Below are positions 48,023-57,158 of a stretch of 64,000 nucleotides of DNA, piece after piece. Within the stretch, counting starts at the first letter, position 1. Each line of letters begins with the position of its first letter. The notes under the pieces are model-generated. The model worked only from the letters and a program-made list of their open reading frames with translations. It was not told where the DNA came from and did no database searches. Both the position numbers and the translations under genes were made by a program. The stretch is from a virus: IMG/VR virus record IMGVR_UViG_3300050821_001198, positions 64,249-128,248 of that record, one strand, 5' to 3'.

Positions 48023-49660
48023 ATGGCATCCATTCTCTTCTCCGGGAGCAACTGTCCCGATTGCGGACATCCCGGAGTAGAGGCAGATTGTCCGATCTGC
48101 GAGTGGTCGGTCATGGACGAGTGCCAGCCCTACTCTCTAACCGCTCCGGAGTACGTAGGACCCGATCCGGGCGTAGACGAAGACCTGACGCCTGAGAGCC
48201 TCGTGGTTCGCCGCGAAGTCTTCTTTCGTGAGGGCTCACCATTCGCTCCCGTCAACACCGAGGATATCGTCGGGATCGATAGGGTCCTCGAAGACCTCGA
48301 TGAAGTAGTCCATTGGCTTCAGAATCCAGAGCGTTACGCGGAACTGAACGCACGATGCGAGCCCGGGATCATCCTTGCTGGGCCTCCTGGGACCGGAAAG
48401 ACCATGACGGCTCGGTGGATTGCGACCGAGAGCAAGGCGCACTTCATCAATATGCGCGAGTGGCCTCGCACGAAGCTTGAGATGACGGCCGAAGACATCG
48501 CGGCCCTCTATGAGTGTGCTCGGGCGTTCTGTCGCGAGACGGGCAAGCCGGTCATTCTGTTCTGCGACGAGTTTGAGGGATATGCTCGGGCTCGCTTTAG
48601 CGACGGCATCACTCCGACCCAGACGGGCCTAATCGAACAGTTCCTTGAGGAACTCAGTGGTATCAAGGGGAACAACTACGGGCTGCTCACAGTGGGCTGC
48701 ACGAATCACCTTGAGAACATCGACAGCGCCCTGAAGCGCGATGGGCGAATGGGTCTGCACTACTACTTCAGTGCTCCTGACCGGCCCGGTAAGTCACTTC
48801 TCCTTCAGCACTATCTCAAGGAGTACAACGTCGGTGACATCGACTATGACAATCTGTCGTACTTCTTTGAGTCGGACGATCACGCTGCGGTGATCGAAGA
48901 GGCGTGCATGAAGGCTTGGAGAAACGCCTGTCGCCACGCCATCAAGGCGGGGACCAAGCTCCCGGTGTTGGGAGAGCAGGATCTCATCAAGGTCTTCATT
49001 AGGCACTTGGTTGGGCCTCCACCAACCTTCATGGATCGCAGCGCCGACGACATCCTCCAGACGGCTATCCACGAAGTTGGTCACGCACTTGCCGCTTTGC
49101 TCAATGACATCCCCCTGCGCCTGATTACCGTACAGGCGGGGAAGATGAGCCTGGGACGTACGATCTTTGCAGGGGTTCGCGAACACGTTGCCACGGTCGG
49201 AGAACTCAGGGCACACATTCGCCTCATGTACGGCTCCATTGCCGCCGAGAAGCTCTGTGGGATCGAGGATCACGTTGGCCCCAACGGAGATCGAACAAGC
49301 GCCACTGCTTTGGCTCATCAACTTGTGGACGATATGGCCGAGGGCGGCAACACGGGGCTCGTCTCCTTCAAGTCCCTTGGTGGCGGGCGGAACAACTTAG
49401 GGGCGGGGATCGGGCAGGCCGTCTCTCACCGCCTTCTGGACGGCGCTGACGAAGACGTGCAGAAGATCCTTATCACGGAATACATCGCGTCCGTACGCGA
49501 TATGAGAGGGATTGGGGCGAATGAGGACGAGTCTCGTGGCATCGTTGAGACCTTGGCTAAAATCCTTGTCGAGCGGGTCACCATGACCGGACCGGAGTTT
49601 CGTGCGGAAGTTGACAAACTCGGCGTCCGTCTGGTACGGTCCCAACCGGATGTCTACTGA
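48023..49660 (+). CDS. soluble FtsH-like AAA+ zinc metalloprotease (M41) with N-terminal Zn ribbon
   Basis: CPDC..CPIC; GPPGTGKT; ILFCDE; TNHLENIDSALKRDGR; HEVGH, AAE and GPNGD; no TM segment. Confidence 0.88.
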   Translation: MASILFSGSNCPDCGHPGVEADCPICEWSVMDECQPYSLTAPEYVGPDPGVDEDLTPESLVVRREVFFREGSPFAPVNTEDIVGIDRVLEDLDEVVHWLQNPERYAELNARCEPGIILAGPPGTGKTMTARWIATESKAHFINMREWPRTKLEMTAEDIAALYECARAFCRETGKPVILFCDEFEGYARARFSDGITPTQTGLIEQFLEELSGIKGNNYGLLTVGCTNHLENIDSALKRDGRMGLHYYFSAPDRPGKSLLLQHYLKEYNVGDIDYDNLSYFFESDDHAAVIEEACMKAWRNACRHAIKAGTKLPVLGEQDLIKVFIRHLVGPPPTFMDRSADDILQTAIHEVGHALAALLNDIPLRLITVQAGKMSLGRTIFAGVREHVATVGELRAHIRLMYGSIAAEKLCGIEDHVGPNGDRTSATALAHQLVDDMAEGGNTGLVSFKSLGGGRNNLGAGIGQAVSHRLLDGADEDVQKILITEYIASVRDMRGIGANEDESRGIVETLAKILVERVTMTGPEFRAEVDKLGVRLVRSQPDVY

Positions 49661-50384
49661 GAAGCCCACCCTCGTCGTAGGGGATACACACGGCCATATA
49701 GATCGTCTCGCCGCCCTACTCCGACAGGAGGGAATCACGAATGACAAGGGTGATCGAATTGACTTCGAGACCCGCGTCATTCACATTGGCGACATCATCG
49801 ACGGTCGTATGAGCACCGTTGGTAGAGACAGGAGCATTCTGGAGGCGGCCACAGATCGTCAGTGGATTGACGATCTCATCTGGGGGAACCACGAGCGAGG
49901 CTTGTTCGACCCGAATCGCCATGGGTTCAAAGGCATGCTCATAAGCCCGGAGACGAAGATCCTGTTGAATCGGCTTGAGCGTAGAGGGCAGACCCACTAT
50001 GCGCTGGCAGTCCACGACTTTCTTCTGACCCATGCTGGCCTCGGTGCGTATTGGGATAGTCAGGTCCCCGACGAACTAGAGGATGTCGTTACCATTCTCA
50101 ACGGTCTGGACGGATACAACGCTGGCGTTCTTCATGCCGTGTCGTACCTCCGTCAAGGGTCACATCCGGCGGGCGGTATCATCTGGCGTGACGACAGCGA
50201 GCCGATCTCGGGCAAGTTCAATCAGGTCTACGGTCATACGGCGGACCCAGACGCGCTGCACCGACTGCACGAGACAGACGGCAAGGTCGCTTACAAGATC
50301 GACATTGGGAAGAAGCACCCCGCTCTGGGCGGGATCTGGCTGCCTTCGCACAAGCTAGTGAAGATCGACTTGAGCGTGAGCTAG
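49650..50384 (+). CDS. PPP-family metallophosphoesterase
   Basis: GDTHG, GDIIDG, GNHE, THAG, GHT and IDIG motifs. Confidence 0.88.
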   Translation: MSTEKPTLVVGDTHGHIDRLAALLRQEGITNDKGDRIDFETRVIHIGDIIDGRMSTVGRDRSILEAATDRQWIDDLIWGNHERGLFDPNRHGFKGMLISPETKILLNRLERRGQTHYALAVHDFLLTHAGLGAYWDSQVPDELEDVVTILNGLDGYNAGVLHAVSYLRQGSHPAGGIIWRDDSEPISGKFNQVYGHTADPDALHRLHETDGKVAYKIDIGKKHPALGGIWLPSHKLVKIDLSVS

Positions 50385-50738
50385 GCTCTCCGCCGGGGCA
50401 CCCGGAACGTGATGAGGGTTAGAGATCTCCCACGTCTTGACCCCTTGCTTCCCTTCCTTCACCCCAGCGATGCTCTCGGCATTGGCGATCTCTGCTACAT
50501 GAGCGCCTACCTGCTTGATGTGTGAATCGGAGATCGGGTGATCATCCGTCATCACCACGACCGCACGGTGGAATGAAGGCTCCCCGCCCTGGGTTACAGG
50601 ACGGGGAGGTTCAATATGGATGACAGACCGGGGTAGGGTCTGCTGGAGGTAGTGAAGAACGTGCTCGGAGATGTTCTTGAGCATGTTCCCTTGGCCATCA
50701 TGCGTTGGGACGTAGAGGGTGTACTTGGCTTGGGCCAC
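50355..50738 (-). CDS. hypothetical protein
   Basis: Probable GTG start at 50738 (MAQAKYTLYVP). Confidence 0.6.
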   Translation of the reverse strand: MAQAKYTLYVPTHDGQGNMLKNISEHVLHYLQQTLPRSVIHIEPPRPVTQGGEPSFHRAVVVMTDDHPISDSHIKQVGAHVAEIANAESIAGVKEGKQGVKTWEISNPHHVPGAPAESLAHAQVDLH

Positions 50739-50754
50739 GCCTATTAGGTAGAGC

Positions 50755-51102
50755 TTACGTCGTGCTTCCAGTGTGAAGCTGGAACGTCCGCACCTTGCTT
50801 GAATCCTGAGGCTCGCCACAAGCTCCACAGGTCCAACTACCGTTGGCCTTCATAAGCACGGTCTCATGCTTACATTCCTGCGGATCGGATGACTCAAATA
50901 CCCACTCACGAGTGGACGCTGGCCGGGGCGGAGCCTTGCAATCAACTACGCGCTCGATGTCGGTACCCTCTGCCCAACCCGGCTGAAGCCGGGTTCCAAG
51001 TCGATACACGTACTCAGTGTCAAGCAGTTCTCGTAGCTCTGACACGCCGCTCTCGATTCGTTTGAGGGCCGCGACAATCTGGGGGTTAGTCGTCGGAGGC
51101 AT
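50755..51102 (-). CDS. hypothetical Zn-finger protein
   Basis: ATG 51102; CKH...WTCGACG. Confidence 0.55.
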   Translation of the reverse strand: MPPTTNPQIVAALKRIESGVSELRELLDTEYVYRLGTRLQPGWAEGTDIERVVDCKAPPRPASTREWVFESSDPQECKHETVLMKANGSWTCGACGEPQDSSKVRTFQLHTGSTT

Positions 51103-51646
51103 CCGTATCACCCATCGGCACGGCCCGCCCGCTATGAGCGAACGTCGCCTTGTTGGTGTGACCAAAGTTACGCGGACCAATGGTCACAGATCGAATACCG
51201 CTCTTGCGTACCCGGTCAGAGATCTCTTGCGCGTGCTCCGCCATGATCTCTTCGAGCCCTAGGTGAAGGGCAAGTCCCCGACGCTGCTCCTGATTGAGCT
51301 TCTGAACCATCTCGGTGAGGCCGACACTCGGGAAGATACCCATCGTGTTGCCTCCGCGAGAAGCCAGTCCTGAGTAACGAACTGATCCGTTGCTCTCTTC
51401 GCCTGGCCAGAAGAGCATTTCGTCATCTCGGTCGCTCCATGTCTCGTCATCGGGGGTGATGACTGGAGGGAGCGGCTCGCGAGGACTCACCGGACCGTTG
51501 AAGAGTCTGGCGATCTTCTCTTCAGGCGTCTCCGGAATGGCAGACTCGGGTGCCGAGACCTCCGGGTAGATGTCTGTACCCAGGGTCTCGATGTAGTCGG
51601 CTGCCTTAGCGACGATGCTATGCAACTGGCGGAGTCGGGTTCGCAT
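51086..51646 (-). CDS. hypothetical protein
   Basis: GAGG RBS; overlaps neighbours. Confidence 0.6.
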   Translation of the reverse strand: MRTRLRQLHSIVAKAADYIETLGTDIYPEVSAPESAIPETPEEKIARLFNGPVSPREPLPPVITPDDETWSDRDDEMLFWPGEESNGSVRYSGLASRGGNTMGIFPSVGLTEMVQKLNQEQRRGLALHLGLEEIMAEHAQEISDRVRKSGIRSVTIGPRNFGHTNKATFAHSGRAVPMGDTDASDD

Positions 51647-52178
51647 CCTCAGTCACATCCTCTTGGTTCGCTTCTGGTTCGCTAGTGGTTTCCTCTGCGG
51701 CGGGCTCGGTCTCATCGACGGGCTCGGTTGGCTCATCGACCGGCTGCTCGGGCTCGGTCTCCTGGACGGGCTCGGGCTCTGCCTGAGCCTCTTCCGCTGG
51801 CTTCTCGGCTGCGGCTTCCTCGGCCGCCTTAGCTGCGGCCTCTGCCGCCTCGGCGTCCTCTCGGGCAACCCTTTCGGCCTCTTCAGCCGCCTTCGCGTCT
51901 GCCTCAGCCTGCGCCTCGGCCTCTGCGGCAGCCTGTGCCGCCGCCTCCGCTGCTGCCTGCTCCTGGGCTACTCGGGCCGCTTCAGCCGCCTGAGCGGCCT
52001 CCTGCTCGGCCTGAGCACGCGCTGCGGCCTCTGCCGCCTCTAGGTCTCGTTGCTCCTGCTCGTTGATAGCAGAGATCTGGGCCTCTGCTGCCTCACGCTG
52101 GTTTGCGGCGTTCGCCATGATGGCGGCGGTTGCCTCACCGACGCCTAGGCCGATGAAGTCTGCGATTGTCTTAGGCAT
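51618..52178 (-). CDS. Ala/Glu-rich coiled-coil protein with acidic Pro-Glu tail
   Basis: EAA repeats then EPxDE repeats; AGGAG RBS. Confidence 0.7.
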   Translation of the reverse strand: MPKTIADFIGLGVGEATAAIMANAANQREAAEAQISAINEQEQRDLEAAEAAARAQAEQEAAQAAEAARVAQEQAAAEAAAQAAAEAEAQAEADAKAAEEAERVAREDAEAAEAAAKAAEEAAAEKPAEEAQAEPEPVQETEPEQPVDEPTEPVDETEPAAEETTSEPEANQEDVTEDANPTPPVA

Positions 52179-53040
52179 TGTCTGCTCCTGTGACGGGTTG
52201 AATTGGGGTCCGGGTGGACGGGTCTATTACGGCGGTCGTCTCGACTGAGAACGACTTGGGGGTCTTGAAACCTGCTAGAGCGGCACCGGGACCCTCTTCA
52301 GATTTGTGAGTACGGACGTACTCTGCGGAGATGCGCTCGGCCTCTTCCTTGGAACGGAGTCCTTGAGAGGTAGGGTGATCCTGGGTGCCGGGAAGCACAG
52401 AACGTCGGGGCGCTGCGATCTCCTGTACCTCGGCCGCGTTCGGCTGCTTCCGCACGACGACTGTCTTGTGCTCCTGGGTCGAGCCGCTACCAACGTCCAC
52501 AACCTCACCAACGGTGATGCTGCGCTTGGCGAGACTCTCCTGGACGGTGACTGCCGTCTCGTACCGCTCGCCCGTTTCTGTGCGGAGGATGTCGGCCGCC
52601 GCATGAACGCGCTGCTGGTTCGTTGACTGCTGGTACATGGCGTACCCGGCATCCTCGGCAGCCAGGGGCTCGAAGAGCGTCCCAACGTTGTTGGAGTAGT
52701 CGGTTGAGGCTAGCTCGGTGGCACTGAGCTTGGCGATGTCGCCACGCTGGCCACGGGGCTGGAGAGTGATCGACCGTGACTTGTCACGCTCTTCGTCTCT
52801 GATCCGGACACGCACCACGACACCGTGAATGTTCCGAATGTGGTCGAGCACTACTGGCTCGGGTTGAAGAACTGGCACCTGGCCACCGAGTAGCACTGGC
52901 ACCATCTCTTCGATGGCTCGGGCTGCGGTCGCCTCGGCTTCCGCTTGTGCCTCGCGTCGGGCGAGGTAGTCGAGAGCGATATTGAGACCTCTCTCGGTCT
53001 TGTACGTCTTGTTGGGAAGACGCGGGTCAGTGAATGACAT
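52171..53040 (-). CDS. head-region hypothetical protein
   Basis: 289 aa; TAAGGA RBS; ITLQPRGQRGD motif. Confidence 0.7.
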   Translation of the reverse strand: MSFTDPRLPNKTYKTERGLNIALDYLARREAQAEAEATAARAIEEMVPVLLGGQVPVLQPEPVVLDHIRNIHGVVVRVRIRDEERDKSRSITLQPRGQRGDIAKLSATELASTDYSNNVGTLFEPLAAEDAGYAMYQQSTNQQRVHAAADILRTETGERYETAVTVQESLAKRSITVGEVVDVGSGSTQEHKTVVVRKQPNAAEVQEIAAPRRSVLPGTQDHPTSQGLRSKEEAERISAEYVRTHKSEEGPGAALAGFKTPKSFSVETTAVIDPSTRTPIQPVTGADNA

Positions 53041-53118
53041 GTGGGTGTGAGTTCCTTATCCGTATGGTCACTTCGACTTTACCCTTTCGGGCGCATTACT
53101 CGTCGCTTACCAGCGGGC

Positions 53119-53147
53119 TTGACCTCAGAAGATAGGGCTGCTATGGT
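53119..53147 (+). promoter_or_regulatory. sigma-70/sigmaA-type promoter, near-leaderless
   Basis: TTGACC-N17-TATGGT, then 8 nt to ATG 53156. Confidence 0.7.
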
Positions 53148-53155
53148 AGACGAAC

Positions 53156-53374
53156 ATGGTGACAGATGCGGAACAAGCCTGGTTGGCTGGAATTCTAGAA
53201 GGATGGAGGCTCTCCCGGTCGGACGACATCATCGGATTCCTAACGCTCGTCTTGGCTCACCTGGGCGAGCGACGAACCGAACAAGCTAACCAAGCTGTCG
53301 CTGTGGCGCGTGCGAGCACACGCTCGACAGACTCGCCTTCCACCGACAGACAGGCGAGGTACCGGAACAAATGA
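53156..53374 (+). pseudogene. internally deleted LAGLIDADG endonuclease relic
   Basis: EQAWLAGILEG motif joined within about 20 aa to a LGERRTEQ C-terminal helix; too short for the fold. Confidence 0.55.
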
Positions 53375-54165
53375 AGTTAGAGGCCGTTATGGTGTCAGTG
53401 AACTATGGAGACTTCCTAGCTCACACGCTACCCCTAAACAAGTATCACTTTGACCGCCTAGTGGTGGTTACAACCCCGGAGGACGAAGAGACCCAGCTTC
53501 TATGTACCTACCACCACGTCAAGTGTGTGCAGACGGACGCATTCAACGTGCAGGGCGGCGAGTTTCGTAAGGGTGCCGGTATCAACGTGGGGCTTCGGGA
53601 GCTATCCATGGACGGGTGGGTCGTCCATGTAGACGCCGACATCTGTCTGCCTCCCCAGACTCGTCAGATCCTTGATCAGACAAACCTCAACGATCAGATG
53701 ATCTACGGGATCGACCGTTTCAACATGGTCGGTTACGACGAATGGGACCGTCATATGCGGAAGCCCAAGATGATCAACGAGTGTTCGGTGTATGTTCATC
53801 CGAATCGCTACCCTCTTGCCACACGCTTCATGTCCCCCGAATTCGGCGGCTATCTTCCAATCGGTTTCTTCCAGATGTGGAATCCTAAGGGCTCGGGGAT
53901 CACCTTTTATCCGGCCTGTCACACCAACGCCGGTCGTACCGATATGTTGATGGCGGGCAACTGGCCTAGATCCCTTCGCGGCTTTCTCCCTGAGATCATC
54001 GGCTTCCACCTAGAGTCCGAAAAGGCCGCTCAGGGTGTCAATTGGGGCGGGAGAAAGACTCCCCGTTTCGAGTGTCGTAAGTGGTGGCATCACTGGTGTC
54101 ACCGTAGACACAGACGGAAACATCCTGTACCATTTCCTCCGAACCCCTATTCAAAGGACGCCTAA
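53371..54165 (+). CDS. GT-A fold (family 2-like) glycosyltransferase
   Basis: VSVNYGDFL, VVVTT, KGAGIN and HVDADI (DxD) motifs. Confidence 0.8.
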   Translation: MKLEAVMVSVNYGDFLAHTLPLNKYHFDRLVVVTTPEDEETQLLCTYHHVKCVQTDAFNVQGGEFRKGAGINVGLRELSMDGWVVHVDADICLPPQTRQILDQTNLNDQMIYGIDRFNMVGYDEWDRHMRKPKMINECSVYVHPNRYPLATRFMSPEFGGYLPIGFFQMWNPKGSGITFYPACHTNAGRTDMLMAGNWPRSLRGFLPEIIGFHLESEKAAQGVNWGGRKTPRFECRKWWHHWCHRRHRRKHPVPFPPNPYSKDA

Positions 54166-54612
54166 ATGGCCGATTGGGACACAAGATTTATCGAGATGGC
54201 GGCGCTGGTGGCGTCGTGGAGTAAGGACCCTAGTACACAATGTGGCGCGGTCATCGTGCGTCCGGACCGGAGTGTCGCCAGCGTTGGCTTCAACGGGTTC
54301 GCTAAGGGATGCAGTGACGCTCCTGAGTTCTACGAGAACCGCGAACTGAAGTACGAGCGTGTCGTTCACGCGGAGGTAAACGCAATCCTCCTGGCTCGTG
54401 AGCCGCTGGCCGGGTACACGATCTACACCTACCCGCCCGGGTGGGGTCCCTCATGCGCTCGCTGCTCGTCTCACATTATCCAGTCTGGAATCACTCGCGT
54501 TGTCCACTATCAGGACACGTCAGAGTTTGCGGCACGCTGGAAGGACTCGGCTGAGATCGGCCTAGCGATGTACGCCGAGGCGGGTGTCGAGGTTGTTCAC
54601 CTTGCCGCCTAG
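54166..54612 (+). CDS. dCMP deaminase
   Basis: SKDPSTQCGA, GFNG, HAEVNAI and SCARC Zn-deaminase motifs. Confidence 0.9.
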   Translation: MADWDTRFIEMAALVASWSKDPSTQCGAVIVRPDRSVASVGFNGFAKGCSDAPEFYENRELKYERVVHAEVNAILLAREPLAGYTIYTYPPGWGPSCARCSSHIIQSGITRVVHYQDTSEFAARWKDSAEIGLAMYAEAGVEVVHLAA

Positions 54613-54649
54613 AACGACAACCGGCATTCTCCGGGGTGGCGGCGGCCGG

Positions 54650-55021
54650 ATGTTTCGCCGCAAAGCCAGCGTGGTTCGAGGCGACCCTACTCAGCACTTC
54701 CCGATCAACGTTCACATCTCTGATGGGTGGGGGCTGAAGAACCTGGTTCCCGCCTTCGATCCGAACGTTGACTACACACAGCACGAGTTACATCTCATGG
54801 CGGAGAAGATCTTGATCGAAGATCCCAAACCGCCATGGGAAGAGCCCGTGTTCCTGCCCGTGTCCGCCCTCCTGGGGCGGCTCAGGAAGGAGATCTACTG
54901 CGGTGCCGGAACTCCCGATGCGGCGCTCATGGAGGGTCTCTACTGGCGTACACATCCGGACGGCCGAGGCTGGCATACTCCGGAGGAAATGAAGGAACGA
55001 TCCGAGGGGTTCTACAAATGA
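54650..55021 (+). CDS. GTPD/THPDGR-domain protein (paralog of 16045..16557)
   Basis: Ungapped C-terminal similarity to the 16045 protein; ATG 54650 chosen as start. Confidence 0.7.
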   Translation: MFRRKASVVRGDPTQHFPINVHISDGWGLKNLVPAFDPNVDYTQHELHLMAEKILIEDPKPPWEEPVFLPVSALLGRLRKEIYCGAGTPDAALMEGLYWRTHPDGRGWHTPEEMKERSEGFYK

Positions 55022-55215
55022 GCAGGAAGTACGACACCAAACGGGAGTTACTAGCAGCGGCGCTGCATTCGATCAGTTCCCAGATGAGCTATGAAGACCA
55101 TCCGGGAGATCCCACGGGCGACGCTTCCTGTGAGTACGCCGACGACCATCTGCTAGACGCGGCCAGAGCCTACGTAGAGACACATGCGCCGCTACCACGA
55201 GGCTGGGGCGACTAA
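55018..55215 (+). CDS. hypothetical protein
   Basis: ATGA overlap. Confidence 0.55.
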   Translation: MSRKYDTKRELLAAALHSISSQMSYEDHPGDPTGDASCEYADDHLLDAARAYVETHAPLPRGWGD

Positions 55216-55448
55216 TGGGCTATCTACGGCGTCACTGTACCGCTATCTTCAGGTGTGGAATGCCCATGTCTGACACAGACGGTAACTACTACGAGGTTGG
55301 AGCGGCCCGTGTGCTTGATTGGGGAATCAGCGAGTCATGGTCGGGAGGCGGCTGGGTCCGTCTTGAGGGACACGGGAAAATGGCGCTAGCCGGTATCCTT
55401 GAGATGAGCGACCATTATCTCACCACCGCCCAGCGCTGGGGTAAGTAG
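55215..55448 (+). CDS. hypothetical protein
   Basis: TAATG overlap. Confidence 0.5.
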   Translation: MGYLRRHCTAIFRCGMPMSDTDGNYYEVGAARVLDWGISESWSGGGWVRLEGHGKMALAGILEMSDHYLTTAQRWGK

Positions 55449-55475
55449 AAAAGGCCGCCCGTCAAGGCGGCCTTT
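55449..55475. terminator. bidirectional intrinsic terminator
   Basis: AAAAGGCCGCC-cgtcaa-GGCGGCCTTT between convergent genes, after the major capsid gene. Confidence 0.8.
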
Positions 55476-55494
55476 CCTGGAACTTCTGTCCGGC

Positions 55495-56559
55495 TTAGTT
55501 GAGACCCGTGAGGCTCAGCTTCGACGGAGCGACTGCGCTGTTCGACTTGAGGATTCGGGAGATCGCTCGGGGATTTAGCACAATCATGCCAACGAGTTCG
55601 TCCATGACCCAGCCCTTGTAGAACTGCTCCACGAGATGGTTCTCTTCAACGTCGAGCGAGTACATCACCGGGAAGACGCCGACGAACTCGGGCTCAGAGC
55701 AGAGGAAGATCTCACCCTGTGGGATGATGATGCTCTTCTGGATCTGGAACTCACCGAACTTCGTGATCGTCCCGCCTGCGAATACCTCGTCCTTGAACCG
55801 GAAGCCGGTCACGTTGAGGTCCCACGAGTACAGGTCACGGATGTCCGCCGGGTGGGCGAGCACGCGCTTGGCCTCTAGCTGGTTGACTTCGATCTGCACG
55901 ACGGCGTTGTAGAAGTCCACCGGCTCTAGGGGGTTACCTGAACCAATGAGGATCGTCTGCTCCGGACCCTCTGACGCCTGTGTCAGAGAAGCGTTGCCGA
56001 CGTTCTGGCCACCTGTTGCGCCTGTACCGGGAGTTCCGGCCTCACGCTGTGTGGCGAGATCCGTAATCGCACCCTCGAAGAGTAGGACCAGACGTGCGTC
56101 CTCCTGCTTCTGGATGGCCTGACGTGACTCGTCCTGTGCATACTCCACAGCGTTGACACGCAGGTAGTACAGGTCTTCCTTCTTGATCCGTGGGAACGTG
56201 GCCACACGGAACAACTGCGGGAATGCCTGCTTACCCTCGAACGGGGTAATCTGGATCTCTGAATCGGTCTGGTTGAGGATGTACGCCACACCTAGGTCGT
56301 CTAGGATGTCGTACGGCATGAGCGGACCGCGCTCCAGGGTGTCCTCCACGAGCACGTTGCGAACAATGCCCTCGTAGCGTAGACGGATCTGGATTGGACC
56401 GATCATTCCCTGACCGATTCGACGCATCGCATTCTGCTTGTCAGCAAGAATCGCCTCAAGGCGCTTGGCCTTCGATGCTTTGTTCAGCTTGGGAAGCTTC
56501 GAGAGCTTCTCTTCGTAGTCACCGGAGGCGACTGCCTTACGGCCTGTAAGTTCTAGCAT
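55495..56559 (-). CDS. major capsid protein (HK97 fold)
   Basis: 354 aa; PIQIRLRYEGIVRNVL, AIQKQEDARL and ILNPRAI-type motifs; AAAGG RBS; followed by a terminator. Confidence 0.85.
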   Translation of the reverse strand: MLELTGRKAVASGDYEEKLSKLPKLNKASKAKRLEAILADKQNAMRRIGQGMIGPIQIRLRYEGIVRNVLVEDTLERGPLMPYDILDDLGVAYILNQTDSEIQITPFEGKQAFPQLFRVATFPRIKKEDLYYLRVNAVEYAQDESRQAIQKQEDARLVLLFEGAITDLATQREAGTPGTGATGGQNVGNASLTQASEGPEQTILIGSGNPLEPVDFYNAVVQIEVNQLEAKRVLAHPADIRDLYSWDLNVTGFRFKDEVFAGGTITKFGEFQIQKSIIIPQGEIFLCSEPEFVGVFPVMYSLDVEENHLVEQFYKGWVMDELVGMIVLNPRAISRILKSNSAVAPSKLSLTGLN

Positions 56560-56576
56560 TTCTGTCAGTACCTTTC

Positions 56577-57158
56577 TTAGACCAGTAGCCGGACGCGGAT
56601 GACCTGAGCCGAATCACGCGAGACAAGCTGCGCGACAGGGATCTGGGTTGTGACGGACGTGAGCGCACCCAGGCGACCATCGACACACGCATACAGGAGC
56701 ACGGGGTTACCGGGCGTTGCAGCGGCAGCGGCGGAGGCTAGGTTGGCGACGTTCGACGTGCTCACGGTGCCGTCATTGAAGGCGGGTGCGAGCAGGGTGT
56801 AGACCGAACCAAATCCGTTCCATACACCGATATGTGCCTCGTCGCCTAGCTCATCGAGGTTACCCCCGACAAAGTTGGCAAGCAGCCCGAACGGGGTCTC
56901 GACTGGCGAGGTCCCACCCGTGGCTAGCTGGAACACGTCATCGGTGGTGTTGCTGGTGTAGTCATGAACCATGACCTGACCGGGAACGAGTCCACCCTGG
57001 TACGTGAAGGCACCGTTGTAAGGAGACGTAAAGGTCGATCCTGAGGCTCCCAGCGAAGAATCCAGAGAACCTGCGTACGGCTGCGCGCGGAACTGGTTAT
57101 AGTTCACACGAATCGTGCGCTTCTGGAACTTGTTTGAGAGAAATCGGAGTCGAAGCAT
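56577..57158 (-). CDS. capsid decoration / head stabilisation protein
   Basis: Immediately upstream of the major capsid gene; beta-rich. Confidence 0.65.
   Translation of the reverse strand: MLRLRFLSNKFQKRTIRVNYNQFRAQPYAGSLDSSLGASGSTFTSPYNGAFTYQGGLVPGQVMVHDYTSNTTDDVFQLATGGTSPVETPFGLLANFVGGNLDELGDEAHIGVWNGFGSVYTLLAPAFNDGTVSTSNVANLASAAAAATPGNPVLLYACVDGRLGALTSVTTQIPVAQLVSRDSAQVIRVRLLV

Noticed and set aside
51615-52043. Leu/Cys/Gly-rich + strand ORF resembling a membrane protein
   Set aside because: Antisense artefact of the Ala/Glu repeat gene
53041-53110. Possible riboswitch in the leader containing GCCC-GAAA-GGGT
   Set aside because: Only one short GNRA hairpin; no match to an aptamer consensus I can support
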